A stretch of DNA of 64,000 bases from Candidatus Latescibacterota bacterium (GTDB taxonomy: Bacteria; Krumholzibacteriota; Krumholzibacteriia; WVZY01; JAKEHA01). A model generated the notes under the pieces. That model worked only from the letters and a program-made list of their open reading frames with translations. It was not told where the DNA came from and did no database searches. Within the stretch, counting starts at the first letter, position 1, and each line of letters begins with the position of its first letter. The translations under genes were made by a program, and so were the position numbers. Below, in pieces: positions 31,285 to 46,511 of the stretch. Location of the stretch: the NCBI GenBank assembly GCA_963707635.1, contig OY970173.1, positions 800,001 to 864,000 on the forward strand, written 5' to 3'.

Positions 31285-33662
31285 CGACGCGCTAGCAGTG
31301 GCGGATCGCCGCGCCGCCTCGACCCCGGCATCGTCGGAAGGTCTCCGGCTGCTCGACCGACTGATGCGCGTTTTTGGCGCTCCCTCGACCTCTGTACCCG
31401 AACCCCGAACCGCGTCGCTGTTTCCGTGGGGGCCGCTCGACGTCAAGCGATCGCTGGGCGCGGGGTCGTTTGGCGAAGTGTACGCCGCCTGGGATCCAAC
31501 CCTGCACCGCGAGGTGGCACTCAAGCTGCGCAGTCCGGAAGTCGGCACGCTGCGATGGCTCGACGAAGCACGCAACCTGGCGCGCGTCCGGCACCCGCAC
31601 GTGCTCACGGTCTACGGAGCCGACGTCCTCGACGGGCGCGCGGGCATATGGACCGAGTTGATCAGCGGTCGCACGCTGGAACAGGAGCTCGAAAGCACCG
31701 GGCCGTTCTCCGAAGCCGAAACCGTGCGCATCGGTCGCGACATCGCATCCGCCCTGGTCGCGGTGCACGCGGCCGGCCTCGTGCACGGCGACATCAAGAC
31801 CGCCAACATCATGTTGGAAGATGGGGACACTCCGCGGCGAGCCGTGCTGGTGGATTTCGGGACCGCCGACAAGATGCTCGCCGACGACGAGATTCCGGCG
31901 TACCTCATGGGGACGCCGCTCACGATGGCGCCCGAAGTGCTCGACGGCCAGCCCGCGACGGGCGCGTCTGACGTGTACGGGCTGGGTGCGACGCTCTTCC
32001 GCGTCTTGAGCGGGCGCTACCCGGTTGAAGCCGAGACCATCGACGAACTCAAGCAGGCGCATGCGTCGGGCAAACGCGCCTCAATCCGTTCCTTCGCGCC
32101 CCAGGTCTCGCCGCGCCTGGCTCGCGCCCTGGACCGCGCCCTCGAATCCGACCCGGCGAAGCGATGGCCGAACGCGCAGACGTTCCAGCGCGCGCTCGAC
32201 GACGTCGCCGATCCGACGCGCCGCATTCGCGCGCGCGCCACGGCGATCGGAGCCGGCGTTGCGGGTTTGGCCGCCGTGGTTGTCGTCGCGATTCTGATCG
32301 CCCGGCCGGGGCCGGGACCGCTCACGCGTGGAAAACTCACCACACCCGAAACGCCGGATCTGCTGCGCGTTGCCTGGCGCCGCCCGGGCCCCGGCGCCAA
32401 CCTCGGGTATCACTATTACACCGGGATCAGCGACTTGGACGGCGATGGGCGCGACGATCTGCTGACGGCCGAATCGCACTGGACTGGGGCGGATGTCACG
32501 GGAATGGGACGCATCTCGGTGTTTTACGGCGCGGTGGGTGGTGCGGACACGACGGCCGGCGCAGCCATCACCGCACGCGACACCGAATTCCTGATGGGGA
32601 AGGGTGTGGTGCGCGCGGGCGACGTGAATCACGACGGCTTCGAAGACCTGCTCGTCGCCGAGGAATCCCCGCAGGCGCTGATCGGTCGCGTTTCACTCTA
32701 CATGGGCGGGCTTCGGGGACAGGAGCTTTCGCCGGTCTGGACCGTGTTGGGATCGAGATACGATTCCGGCCTGGGTCGCTCGATGACATCGGCCGGAGAC
32801 GTGAACGGCGACGGATATGCCGACGTGGTGATCGGAGAGCTGTCGCGCGTACGATCCGCTCGCGGAAGAGGGCGTCGATCGTTTGTACCTCGGCTCGGCA
32901 GCCGGTCTCTCCGTAACACCCGCGTGGAGCGCGCACGGCGGACAGGATCACATGGAGCTGGGTTCCTGGATGGGGCCGGCGGGTGACGTCAACGGCGACG
33001 GCCACGACGACATTCTGCTCGGCGCACAGCTCTGGGATGGCCCGAAAGGGGTCGACTGTGGTCTCGCGCGACTCCACCTCGGCAACAAGAACGGCGCGGA
33101 CGCGACGCCCGTGTGGTCGCACGAGGGTGACGGTCCGAGTTTCCTGCTTGGCTGCTGCACGTCGGGCGCAGGAGACGTGAACGGCGATGGCTTCGACGAT
33201 CTCCTGATCGGCGAGCGACTGTACTCGGACGAGCACCGACCCGAGCGCGGCCGGGTCCTGATCTTTCACGGCGGTGTGCACGGGCCTTCGACCACGCCGG
33301 ACTGGGTCGCGCTGGGTCCCGGTCCGTACGCGCATTTCGGTTTCTACCTGGCGGGAATCGGCGATGTCGACGGCGATGGCTTCGACGACGTCGCCATCGG
33401 CGCGCCCGACTACACTGCCGGCAAGCTGAAACACTGCGGCTTCGTCGAGGTGTACCGCGGGGGTCGCACCGGCTGCGAAACCCGGCCCGCCTGGCGCGTC
33501 GTGGGCGACAGCGACGGCGCGTTGATGGGCTTCTATATCGCCTCCGGTGACCTCAACGGCGACCATGTCCCGGATCTCATTGTCAAAGCGTCGCTCTGGA
33601 GCGACTCGGTTCCCGAACGGGGCCTGCTCCTCGCCTACCTCGGGCAACCCCGGCGCCGATAG
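31262..33662 (+). CDS. Ser/Thr kinase-TM-FG-GAP repeat protein (frameshift near 32850)
   Basis: LGAGSFGEVY, HGDIK.AN, DFG, MAPE; TM; many GDVNGDG.DD repeats continuing in the 32883-33662 frame. Confidence 0.88.
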
Positions 33663-33802
33663 TCACAAATAGGGCGTCGGCCGGCCGAAGAAACTTCGAT
33701 CACGCGCAAGGTGGTCATTGCGCGCCAGGGCATGCGGCCCGCGGCCCGCTTGACGCGCGCCGCATCACGGACGTACACTCTTTGCAACCGGAGGTGGACA
33801 TC

Positions 33803-34618
33803 GTGAGACTCTGCTCGATCCTCCAGTCCCGCACCTCGTTGCTGGCCGGCAGCGCACTCCTCGTGTACGCGCTCGGCTGTTCGCATACTCCCATCACGAC
33901 CGAACAATCCCTCGAGCTGCATTCTTGTATCGATGGGGCCCGTTCCGTGCGATTCATGGCCGAGGTCGGTCCGATGGTGAGTACGGCGGACGCGCAGGCG
34001 GGGTCGACCAACATCATTGGAACGCCGGACGTCCAATTCTTCGGCTTCGGCGTCCAGGTCACCGCCGAGCTCGACACCGTCCCCCTCGGCGACCCGGTGA
34101 CGTTCCTGCTTTCGGCGACCTCGCTGGGCTACGAGGTGTCGGTCACCGTGATGGACGTCGCGTTCTACACGGTTCCACCGGATCAGATTCCGCCCGAGCC
34201 GGAATGCATACCCTCGTCGTCGCCCGAGTTCACACTGGCGAACGAAACCGCGCTCGGCCTTGGTCTCGTGCTCAACGTGTCGAACCCCACATCGCAGCCG
34301 ATGATGCTCACCATGCTCGACCTCACCGAGAGCCCGAACGTGCTCCCGCCTTCGTCGCTCGACTGGACGAACCCGGACTTCAACGCGCTGCCGTGGCACC
34401 CGGCCGTCGGCGGAGGCACTTCGCTCGACCCGGCGGCTCCGCCGCTGGTCATCGACCTTCCGGACACCGCCCCCGGCGCGGAGGCGGCCCTGCTGCGTTT
34501 TTCCTCGTTCTCCGAAGGCGGACCGATGCGCGGAATCCTGCAGGCGAGCCTGGTGGAGGAACCCCTGGCGACAACGCCGACGACGTGGGGCGCGGTGAAG
34601 GCGCTCTACCGAAACTGA
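33803..34618 (+). CDS. Exported hypothetical protein with C-terminal TTWGAVKALYR motif
   Basis: GGAGG RBS plus GTG start; lipobox-like ALGC; terminal motif. Confidence 0.65.
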   Translation: MRLCSILQSRTSLLAGSALLVYALGCSHTPITTEQSLELHSCIDGARSVRFMAEVGPMVSTADAQAGSTNIIGTPDVQFFGFGVQVTAELDTVPLGDPVTFLLSATSLGYEVSVTVMDVAFYTVPPDQIPPEPECIPSSSPEFTLANETALGLGLVLNVSNPTSQPMMLTMLDLTESPNVLPPSSLDWTNPDFNALPWHPAVGGGTSLDPAAPPLVIDLPDTAPGAEAALLRFSSFSEGGPMRGILQASLVEEPLATTPTTWGAVKALYRN

Positions 34619-34684
34619 CCCATCGACATTCTCGCACTTCGGCAAGAGGTCGCGTCACGTAGTTCCACGATCGGGGCTTGAGCC

Positions 34685-37503
<2,819 letters not shown>

Positions 37504-37526
37504 CCAGTAGACGACCGGCTCCGGCC

Positions 37527-37575
37527 TTGATATCTTCTTGATGGCCGCACGGGTGTCCTTGACACCATGCTGATG
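37527..37575 (+). promoter_or_regulatory. Putative KdpE boxes
   Basis: TTGATA-N5-TTGATG (37527/37538) and TTGACA-N5-CTGATG (37559/37570); 11-bp OmpR-type spacing. Confidence 0.55.
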
Positions 37576-37597
37576 CGCGGATGCGCATACTGCGGTC

Positions 37598-38413
37598 ATG
37601 AAACACACACACCGGTCCGATCTGCGCTGGCTCCTTGCCGGCTTCGTTATTCTCGCGCTGCTCGTCGTTGTGGCCCTCGAGGCCCGCGACGCGCATGCAA
37701 CCGCGTCCACCACATTTTGGGCTCCGTCGACGCCGTATGTGCAGCCCTACGAAGTGCTCCACCTGACCTACGACACGTACTTCGGCTCCCGCGCCGTGTA
37801 CCCGATCGACACCGGGCTCACGATGGGCGTGATCCCGGGACAGAAATTCCAGGCCGAAGTCGGCTTCGATCTGTTCTACTCGACAGTCGCCAACGGAGAG
37901 GGAATCGAATTTCCGATCGTGCTCAACGCCAAAGTCGGCGCGCCCGAGGACGTGTACTTCCACAATCAGCCGGCGTGGTCGTTCGGGATCTTCGGAGTCG
38001 GGTTCGAAGAGAACGTCAACGACCAGAACGCGCTCTACTTCATGCTGGGCAAGACCCTGCCGAAGGTAGGGATGCCGGAGATCGGCGTCTACTATGGCCT
38101 CAACGAGGATCTGTTCCTCTCGGCCAGCGGCGAGGACGAGCGCTTCGGCGTGCTGGCGGGCTGGTATTTTCCGGCCATCGACGTGGGGCTCATCGACAAG
38201 CTGGTTTTTTGCTGGGACATCCAGACCGGTAGCAACGCGCTCGGCGCCACCGGCGCCGGCGTGAGCGCGTACATCACACCCGCCATCGCCGTGTTGACCG
38301 GCCCGGTCTGGTTCCTCGAGAAGGAACTGCAGCCGGGCGGGACGGAGTGGATGTGGAGCGTGCAGCTTGACGTCGACGTGGATCTCCTGTCGGGAGCCGG
38401 CGCGTCAGAGTAA
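37598..38413 (+). CDS. Signal-peptide protein, probable outer-membrane beta-barrel, leading the kdp operon
   Basis: Signal peptide ending AHA; amphipathic aromatic/Gly-rich strands; WSVQLDVDV near the C-terminus. Confidence 0.6.
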   Translation: MKHTHRSDLRWLLAGFVILALLVVVALEARDAHATASTTFWAPSTPYVQPYEVLHLTYDTYFGSRAVYPIDTGLTMGVIPGQKFQAEVGFDLFYSTVANGEGIEFPIVLNAKVGAPEDVYFHNQPAWSFGIFGVGFEENVNDQNALYFMLGKTLPKVGMPEIGVYYGLNEDLFLSASGEDERFGVLAGWYFPAIDVGLIDKLVFCWDIQTGSNALGATGAGVSAYITPAIAVLTGPVWFLEKELQPGGTEWMWSVQLDVDVDLLSGAGASE

Positions 38414-38445
38414 TTGAGTGATTCCTTCGACCCAGAGGCAATACC

Positions 38446-38526
38446 ATGGACTTCATTTTTGTCGGGATTGTTTTGGTCTTCTTCCTGTTGTGCTGGGCGT
38501 TCGTGCGCCTGTGCGAGAAGGTGTAA
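38446..38526 (+). CDS. 26-aa membrane peptide upstream of kdpF
   Basis: GAGG RBS; MDFIFVGIVLVFFLLCWAFVRLCEKV-stop. Confidence 0.7.
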   Translation: MDFIFVGIVLVFFLLCWAFVRLCEKV

Positions 38527-38530
38527 TGCC

Positions 38531-38623
38531 ATGAGTATCCTGACCATCATCGGGGGCGTGATCGCCGCGCTTCTGCTTGGCTATCTCCTGGTCGCCCTGC
38601 TCTTCCCGGAGAAGCTGTCATGA
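38531..38623 (+). CDS. kdpF: K+-ATPase subunit F
   Basis: ...[20 protein letters not shown] overlap with kdpA. Confidence 0.9.
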   Translation: MSILTIIGGVIAALLLGYLLVALLFPEKLS

Positions 38624-40368
38624 CGCAGAACGCCGTTCTTCAGTGCGTGCTCTACCTGGTTCTGCTGGTAGGGCTCGGTATTCCACTCGGCGCCTACATG
38701 GCGCGCGTGTACGAGGGACAATCGAAGCTGGGCAACCGCCTGTTCGGTCCGCTCGAGCGGCTCGTCTACCGGGTGGCGCGCATACCGGCCGAAGTCGACA
38801 TGAGCTGGAAGCGCTACGCGATCGCCGCGCTGGCGTTCAACTTCCTCGGCGCCGCTCTCGTGTACGCTATTCAGCGCTTGCAAGGCGTGCTGCCGCTCAA
38901 TCCAGCGCACCTGCCGGCCGTCGTTCCGCCGGTGGCCTTCAACACGGCGGTCAGTTTCGCCACCAATACCAACTGGCAGGCCTATGGCGGCGAGACCACG
39001 CTAAGCTATCTGACGCAGATGGCGGCTCTCACAGTGCAGAACTTTGTGTCGGCAGCCACGGGGATGGCGGTGCTGGTGGCGCTCATCCGCGGTTTCGTCC
39101 GTCGCTCGGCCAATGGGGTGGGCTCGTTCTGGATCGACCTCACGCGCAGCACGGTCTACATCCTGCTCCCGCTTTCCATCATTCTGGCGCTGCTGCTGGT
39201 GTCGCAGGGCGTGGTGCAGACGTTCGCTCCTTATAAGGAGGTGGCGTTGCTCGATCCGCTGGCCACCAGCGATTCCACGACGGTCACCACCCAAACGCTG
39301 GCACTCGGACCCGCGGCTTCGCAGATCGCCATCAAACAGCTCGGCACCAACGGCGGCGGTTTCTACAACGTCAACTCCGCGCATCCGTTCGAGAACGCCA
39401 CGCCGTTCTCGAACCTGCTCGAGCTGCTCGCGATCCTGATCATTCCGGCGGGGCTGTGTTTCACGTTCGGCTCGATGGTGCGCGATCGCCGCCAGGGCTG
39501 GGCCGTTCTCGCGGCCATGTTGATCATCTTTGTGCCCCTCCTCTATGTCGCCGTTCATTCCGAGCAGACGCCCAATCCGATTCTCACCCACCTGGGTGCG
39601 GATGCGACGCCGGGCCTCCTGCAATCGGGCGGCAACATGGAGGGGAAGGAAGTCCGTTTCGGGATCACCAACAGCGCGCTCTGGGCCACCGCGACCACGT
39701 CCGCGTCCAACGGTTCCGTCAACTCGATGCACGACAGCTTCATGCCGCTCGGCGGCATGGTGCCGATGTGGCTCATGCAGCTCGGTGAAGTCGTATTCGG
39801 CGGCGTCGGCTCCGGCCTGTACGGAATGCTGATGTTCGCAATCGTCGCGGTGTTCATTGCGGGGCTCATGGTGGGACGCACGCCGGAGTATCTCGGCAAG
39901 AAGATCGAAGCCTACGAGATGAAGATGGCGTCGCTCGCCGTGCTGGTGCCACTATTCGCGGTGCTGGTGGGGACGGCGCTCGCGTGTATCGTGCCCGAGA
40001 CGCAACGGGCCATCGCCAACCCGGGCATCCACGGCTTCAGCGAAATCCTCTACGCCTTCTCGTCGTCGAGCAACAACAACGGCTCCGCCTTCGCCGGCCT
40101 CACCGCGAGCGGAATGTTCTACGCCACCGCGCAGGGCATCAGCATGCTGATGGGCCGTTACTGGATCCTGGTGCCGGTGCTCGCCATCGCGGGCTCGCTG
40201 GCGCGCAAGAAGTACGTACCGCCCAGCGCAGGGACGCTGCCGACGCACACGCCGCTCTTCGTGTTCCTGCTGGTGGGAGTGGTCATTATCATCGGTGCGC
40301 TCACGTTCTTCCCGGCGCTCGCGCTCGGTCCCATCGTCGAGCACCTGCAGCTCGCGCATACCCTGTAA
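38620..40368 (+). CDS. kdpA: K+-ATPase subunit A
   Basis: [41 protein letters not shown]. Confidence 0.98.
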   Translation: MTQNAVLQCVLYLVLLVGLGIPLGAYMARVYEGQSKLGNRLFGPLERLVYRVARIPAEVDMSWKRYAIAALAFNFLGAALVYAIQRLQGVLPLNPAHLPAVVPPVAFNTAVSFATNTNWQAYGGETTLSYLTQMAALTVQNFVSAATGMAVLVALIRGFVRRSANGVGSFWIDLTRSTVYILLPLSIILALLLVSQGVVQTFAPYKEVALLDPLATSDSTTVTTQTLALGPAASQIAIKQLGTNGGGFYNVNSAHPFENATPFSNLLELLAILIIPAGLCFTFGSMVRDRRQGWAVLAAMLIIFVPLLYVAVHSEQTPNPILTHLGADATPGLLQSGGNMEGKEVRFGITNSALWATATTSASNGSVNSMHDSFMPLGGMVPMWLMQLGEVVFGGVGSGLYGMLMFAIVAVFIAGLMVGRTPEYLGKKIEAYEMKMASLAVLVPLFAVLVGTALACIVPETQRAIANPGIHGFSEILYAFSSSSNNNGSAFAGLTASGMFYATAQGISMLMGRYWILVPVLAIAGSLARKKYVPPSAGTLPTHTPLFVFLLVGVVIIIGALTFFPALALGPIVEHLQLAHTL

Positions 40369-40378
40369 GGAGAGCTTT

Positions 40379-42454
40379 ATGTCGACCCATGCCCATTCAC
40401 GGCCGCTGTTCGAACGCGCGATCGTCGCACGCGCGGCCGTTGACTCGTTTCGAAAACTGAACCCGCGCCGCATGGTCCGCAACCCGGTCATGTTCGTCGT
40501 GATGGTGGGGAGCGCCTTCACCACCGTGCTGTTCGTGCACGCCGCGGCGAGCGGAAAGGGCGAAGCCGCCCCCGGCTTCATTCTCGCCATTTCGCTCTGG
40601 CTCTGGTTCACCGTGCTCTTCGCTAACTTCGCCGAAGCCATGGCCGAGGGCCGCGGCAAGGCCCAGGCCGACGCGCTGCGCAAGGCCCGGAAGGCCGTCA
40701 TTGCCAAACGGCTCGAGGCCCCCCGCATGAACGCGACGCGCAACGTGGTCGCGTCCGCCGATCTCCGTCAGGGCGACTTCGTGCTGGTCGAGGCGGGCGA
40801 CCAGATTCCCGGCGACGGTGAAGTGATCGAAGGCGTGGCGTCGGTCGACGAGAGCGCCATTACGGGCGAGAGCGCGCCCGTCATCCGCGAGACCGGGGAA
40901 GACCGCAGCGCCGTCACCGGCGGGACGCGGGTGCTTTCCGACTGGCTCGTCATTCGTATCACCGCCAATCCGGGCGAGACCTTTCTCGACCGGATGATTG
41001 CGATGGTCGAGGGCGCGAAGCGCCAGAAGACGCCCAACGAGATCGCCCTCGACATCCTGCTCGCCAAGCTGACGATCGTATTCCTGCTGGCGACGGTTAC
41101 GCTCCTGCCGTTTTCGATCTACGCGGTGACGAGCTCGGGTCAGGGCTCACCGGTTACGTTGACGGTGCTGGTCGCCCTGCTCGTGTGCCTGATCCCGACC
41201 ACCATCGGCGCGTTGCTTTCGGCGATTGGCATCGCCGGGATGGATCGCATGATCCAGGCGAACGTCATCGCCACCTCCGGGCGCGCGGTGGAAGCGGCGG
41301 GGGACGTCGACGTGCTTCTCCTCGACAAGACCGGGACCATTACCCTGGGCAACCGCCAGGCGTCGGCATTTCTCCCTGCGCCCGGCGTGAGCGAGTCGGA
41401 GCTGGCCGACGCGGCGCAGATTGCCTCGCTCGCGGACGAGACCCCGGAAGGGCGCAGCATCGTGGTGCTCGCCAAGGAGAAGTTCAACCTGCGCGCGCGC
41501 GACGTGCACGCGCTTGGCGCCACCTTCATTCCCTTCAGCGCGCACACGCGCATGAGCGGCGTCGACGTGGACGGCCGGCAGATTCGAAAGGGGGCGGCCG
41601 AAGCCATCGCCCGCTACCTGGACGAGCGCGGCGCGCGCATCCCGGCCGAGGTGCTGCAGACCGTCGAGCAGATCTCGCACCAGGGTGCGACGCCGCTGGT
41701 GGTGGTCGAGAACAACCGCGCGCTCGGCGTCGTGCAGCTCAAGGACATCGTCAAGGGGGGAATCAAGGAGCGCTTCGCCGAGATTCGCCGGGTCGGCATC
41801 CGCACCGTGATGATCACCGGCGACAACCCGCTGACCGCGGCCGCCATCGCGGCCGAGGCTGGCGTCGACGACTTCCTCGCCGAGGCCAACCCGGAGAAGA
41901 AGCTGACGATGATCCGCGACTACCAGGCGAAAGGGCACCTGGTTGCGATGACGGGTGACGGCACCAACGACGCGCCTGCGCTCGCGCAGGCGGATGTCGC
42001 GGTGGCGATGAACACCGGCACCCAGGCGGCCAAGGAAGCCGGGAACATGGTGGACCTCGATTCGAACCCCACCAAGCTCCTCCAGATCGTCGAGATCGGG
42101 AAGCAGATGCTCATGACGCGCGGTTCGCTCACGACTTTCAGCATCGCGAACGACGTCGCGAAGTACTTCGCCATCATCCCGGCCGCGTTCGCGGGGACCT
42201 ATCCAGTGCTCGGGGCGCTCAACATCATGCATCTTCATTCGCCGACGTCGGCGGTGCTGTCCGCGGTGATCTTCAACGCGCTCATCATCATCGCGCTCAT
42301 CCCGCTGGCGCTGCGCGGGATCAAGTACCGCCCGGCGCCGGCCTCCGCGCTGCTGCGCCGGAATCTGATCGTCTACGGCCTCGGCGGCGTGCTGATGCCG
42401 TTCCCGTTCATCAAGCTCATCGACGTCATCCTGGTCGCGATGGGCGTCAAGTAG
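40379..42454 (+). CDS. kdpB: K+-ATPase subunit B
   Basis: [35 protein letters not shown]. Confidence 0.98.
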   Translation: MSTHAHSRPLFERAIVARAAVDSFRKLNPRRMVRNPVMFVVMVGSAFTTVLFVHAAASGKGEAAPGFILAISLWLWFTVLFANFAEAMAEGRGKAQADALRKARKAVIAKRLEAPRMNATRNVVASADLRQGDFVLVEAGDQIPGDGEVIEGVASVDESAITGESAPVIRETGEDRSAVTGGTRVLSDWLVIRITANPGETFLDRMIAMVEGAKRQKTPNEIALDILLAKLTIVFLLATVTLLPFSIYAVTSSGQGSPVTLTVLVALLVCLIPTTIGALLSAIGIAGMDRMIQANVIATSGRAVEAAGDVDVLLLDKTGTITLGNRQASAFLPAPGVSESELADAAQIASLADETPEGRSIVVLAKEKFNLRARDVHALGATFIPFSAHTRMSGVDVDGRQIRKGAAEAIARYLDERGARIPAEVLQTVEQISHQGATPLVVVENNRALGVVQLKDIVKGGIKERFAEIRRVGIRTVMITGDNPLTAAAIAAEAGVDDFLAEANPEKKLTMIRDYQAKGHLVAMTGDGTNDAPALAQADVAVAMNTGTQAAKEAGNMVDLDSNPTKLLQIVEIGKQMLMTRGSLTTFSIANDVAKYFAIIPAAFAGTYPVLGALNIMHLHSPTSAVLSAVIFNALIIIALIPLALRGIKYRPAPASALLRRNLIVYGLGGVLMPFPFIKLIDVILVAMGVK

Positions 42455-42470
42455 CGCCGAAAGGAAACCC

Positions 42471-43046
42471 ATGTCGCTCGTGCGTCCTGCTCTCATGCTC
42501 CTGCTGGTGTTTACCGTGCTCCTCGGGATCGTGTACCCCGCGGTCATGACGGGTGTCTCCCGCGTGCTCTTCCCCGCGCGGGCGTCCGGGAGCCTCGTGC
42601 GCGAGGGGGACCGCGTGGTTGGCTCCTCGCTGATCGGTCAGCCGTTCGACGACCCCCGCTACTTCTGGGGGCGCCGGTCGGCGACGGGACCGGTGCCGTA
42701 CAACGCGGCTGCCTCCACGGGCTCGAACCAGGGCCCGTCCAACCCCGCCCTGCACGACGCCGTCGCCGCCCGCATCGACGCGCTTCGCGCCGCGGACCCC
42801 GGGAACGACGCACTCGTGCCGATCGACCTGGTCACCGCCTCGGGAAGCGGGCTCGACCCGCACATCTCGCCCGCGGCGGCGTATTACCAGGTGGCGCGCG
42901 TGGCGCGCGCGCGTGGTCTGTCCGAGCTACGGGTTCGCGCGCTGGTTGACGCGGCCGTCGAGGGTCGCACGCTGGGCATGATCGGCGAACCGCGCGTGAA
43001 TGTGCTGCGCCTCAACCTGGCGCTCGATCACGGCAGCGGTTCGTGA
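42471..43046 (+). CDS. kdpC: K+-ATPase subunit C
   Basis: [35 protein letters not shown]. Confidence 0.97.
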   Translation: MSLVRPALMLLLVFTVLLGIVYPAVMTGVSRVLFPARASGSLVREGDRVVGSSLIGQPFDDPRYFWGRRSATGPVPYNAAASTGSNQGPSNPALHDAVAARIDALRAADPGNDALVPIDLVTASGSGLDPHISPAAAYYQVARVARARGLSELRVRALVDAAVEGRTLGMIGEPRVNVLRLNLALDHGSGS

Positions 43047-43077
43047 CGGACGCGGGTACTGGTGATAGACTGACCGC

Positions 43078-45806
43078 GTGAGCCCGGAAACCCGACGCCC
43101 CGATCCCGACGCATTGCTCGAGCGGGTGACCGCGGAAGCCGAACGCGAGCACCGCGCCAAGCTGCGGATTTTTTTTGGCTTTGCCCCTGGGGTCGGCAAG
43201 ACCTACCGCATGCTCCAGGTGGCGCGCGATCTCGTGCGCCAAAAGGTCGACGTCGTGGTCGGCGCGGTCGAGACGCACGGCCGCTATGACACGGGCGGGC
43301 TCCTGCTCGGGCTCGAGATCCTGCCGCGACGCAAGGTCGCCTATCGGGGTCGCGAGATGGAAGAGTTCGACCTCGACGCCGCGCTGGCGCGGCGGCCGCG
43401 CGTGTTGATCCTCGACGAACTCGCCCACACCAACGTGCCCGGCTCGCGCCACACCAAGCGCTGGCAGGATGCCATGGAGCTGCTCGACGCCGGGATCGAC
43501 GTCTACACGACTCTCAACGTCCAGCACGTCGAAAGCCTCAACGACGTGGTCGCGCAGATCACGCGCGTCCAGGTGCGCGAGACCGTCCCCGATTCCGTTC
43601 TCGAACGCGCCGACGCGATCGAATTGGTCGACATCTCCCCCGAAGAACTCCTGGCTCGCCTGCGTGAAGGCAAGGTCTACCTCCCGGATCAGGCGGCCCG
43701 CGCTGCCACGCACTTCTTCCAGCGCGGCAACCTGCTTGCGCTGCGCGAACTCGCGCTGCGGCATACCGCCGAGCAGGTGGAAGCGGACGTCATGGAGTAC
43801 CGCGAGCTGGAGGGAGTGGAAGGGGCGTGGCCGACGTCGGAACGCATCCTGGTCGGCATCGGCGCCTCGCCGACGTCGGGGCGGATCTTGCGCGCGGCCC
43901 GGCGCATGGCGGCGGGGCTGCGAGCGCCATGGGTGGCCGCGTTCGTGGAGCCGCTCGGCATCGCGCCTCTCGGCGAGGGCGACCGAAAGCGTCTCGAAGA
44001 ACACCTGCGTCTCGCGGAATCGCTGGGTGCATCGGTCGTGCAGCTCACGGGCCCGAGCGTGAGCGAAGCGATCCTGGACTACGCGCGCAAACACAACGTC
44101 ACCCGACTCATCATCGGTAAACCGAGGCACACCCGGCTGCGCGACCGTTTCCGGGGTTCGCTCGTGGACCACATCGTCGCGGGCAGCGGCGACATCGACG
44201 TTCACGTCATCTCGGGCGACCCGGAGGGGCCGGCCGAAGTACGCGAGGAGACGGTGCGCCGGGGCCTCGCCGCACCGTGGAGCGCCTACGTGTGGTCGGC
44301 GGCATTCATCGCAGGGACCACCGGACTCGCCGCCGCGGTGCGAGCGGTCTATCCCGTGCCCGATCTCGAGATGATGTATCTCGTCGCCGTCATGCTCACG
44401 GCGTTGCGCTTCGGGCGCGGACCGTCGTTGCTCGCCGCCGCACTCGCCGTGGCCGCCTACGACTTCTTCTTCGTTCCGCCGCGCTTCACGTTTGCGGTGT
44501 CGGATTGGCGTTACCTGCTGACGTTCGGGATGATGTTCGGCGTCGGCTGGCTCATCAGCACGCTGACGATCCGCATTCGCCGGCAGGAGCACGACGCGGT
44601 TGCCCGGGAAGAGCGGACCCGGGCACTGTTCGAGCTGGGTCGCGAGCTCGCGAACGCGCGGACGGTGGCCGCTGCCGCCGACGTGGCGGCCCGGAACGCG
44701 GCCCAGGCATTCGACGCGGCCGCCACCGTGCTCATGCGCGGTCCGGGAGAGGAGCTCGCGCCACGCGCATCGTTTCCGCCCGACGCGAATCTCGACGCCG
44801 GGGACCTCGGAGTCGCGAAGTGGGTATTCGAGCACGGGCGCGTCGCCGGCCAAGGAACCGACACGCTGCCGGGCGCCCGGGCCATTTGCGTCCCCTTGCG
44901 CACGACCGGCGACCCGGTCGGGGTGCTGGCACTCCTGCCGCGGCGCGCGGTTTCGCTGGACGCCGACCAGCGCACGCGCCTCGACGCGCTGTGCACGCAG
45001 GTGGCGTTCGCGCTGGAGCGGGCGCAGCTCGCGCGCGAAGCGGAAGCATCCGCACTGCGGGCGAAGACGGAAGAGATGCGCAGCTCGCTCTTGAGCGCCG
45101 TGTCGCACGACCTGCGCACGCCACTGGCCGCAATCACCGGCGCGGTGTCGACGCTGCGCGACGAGTCCGTGCGGCTGCCCGAGGCGCAACGAGACGAACT
45201 GCTCGCCGCCATTCACGAGGAAGCCGAGCGGCTCGAGCGGCTGGTCGCCAATCTGCTCGACATGACGCGCGTCGAATCGGGCAGCCTGCACGTGCGGCAC
45301 GAGTGGGTGCCGCTCGAAGAACTGGTGGGCGCGGCGTTGACCCGGCTGGAGCGCGTGCTCGACGACCGGCCGGTGCGCGTGTCCCTGGCCGCGGGGCTGC
45401 CGCTGCTGTCCGTGGACCCGTTGTTGTTCGAACAGGTTCTCGTCAACCTGCTGGAGAACGCGGCCAAATACACGCCCGCGGGGTCCGCGATCGACATCGA
45501 GGGCCGCGCCGAGGGGGACGGGGTGGTGGTCGAGGTCAAGGATCGCGGCCCGGGAATCGCCGCCGGAGACGAGCAACGCGTGTTCGAGAAATTCTATCGC
45601 GGGGACAAACCGGTGGCGGTGGGAGCGGGGCTCGGGCTGGCCATCTGCAAGGGAATCGTGGAAGCGCATGGCGGCGCGATCCGCGTCGAGAGCCGGCCCG
45701 GCGAGGGGGCCACGTTTCGCGTGACGCTTCCCCGGGTCGGAGAGGCGCCGTCGGTGGACGCGAATGATGCCGGCTTGCCGCCCGGTGCCGACCGGGGTGA
45801 CGCGGC

Positions 45807-45810
<4 letters not shown>
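43078..45810 (+). CDS. kdpD: Sensor histidine kinase KdpD
   Basis: PGVGKTY.ML, DELAHTN, Usp-like domain, 4 TM, SHDLRTPL, GLGLAIC. Confidence 0.97.
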
Positions 45811-46502
<692 letters not shown>

Positions 46503-46511
46503 GACTTTCTC

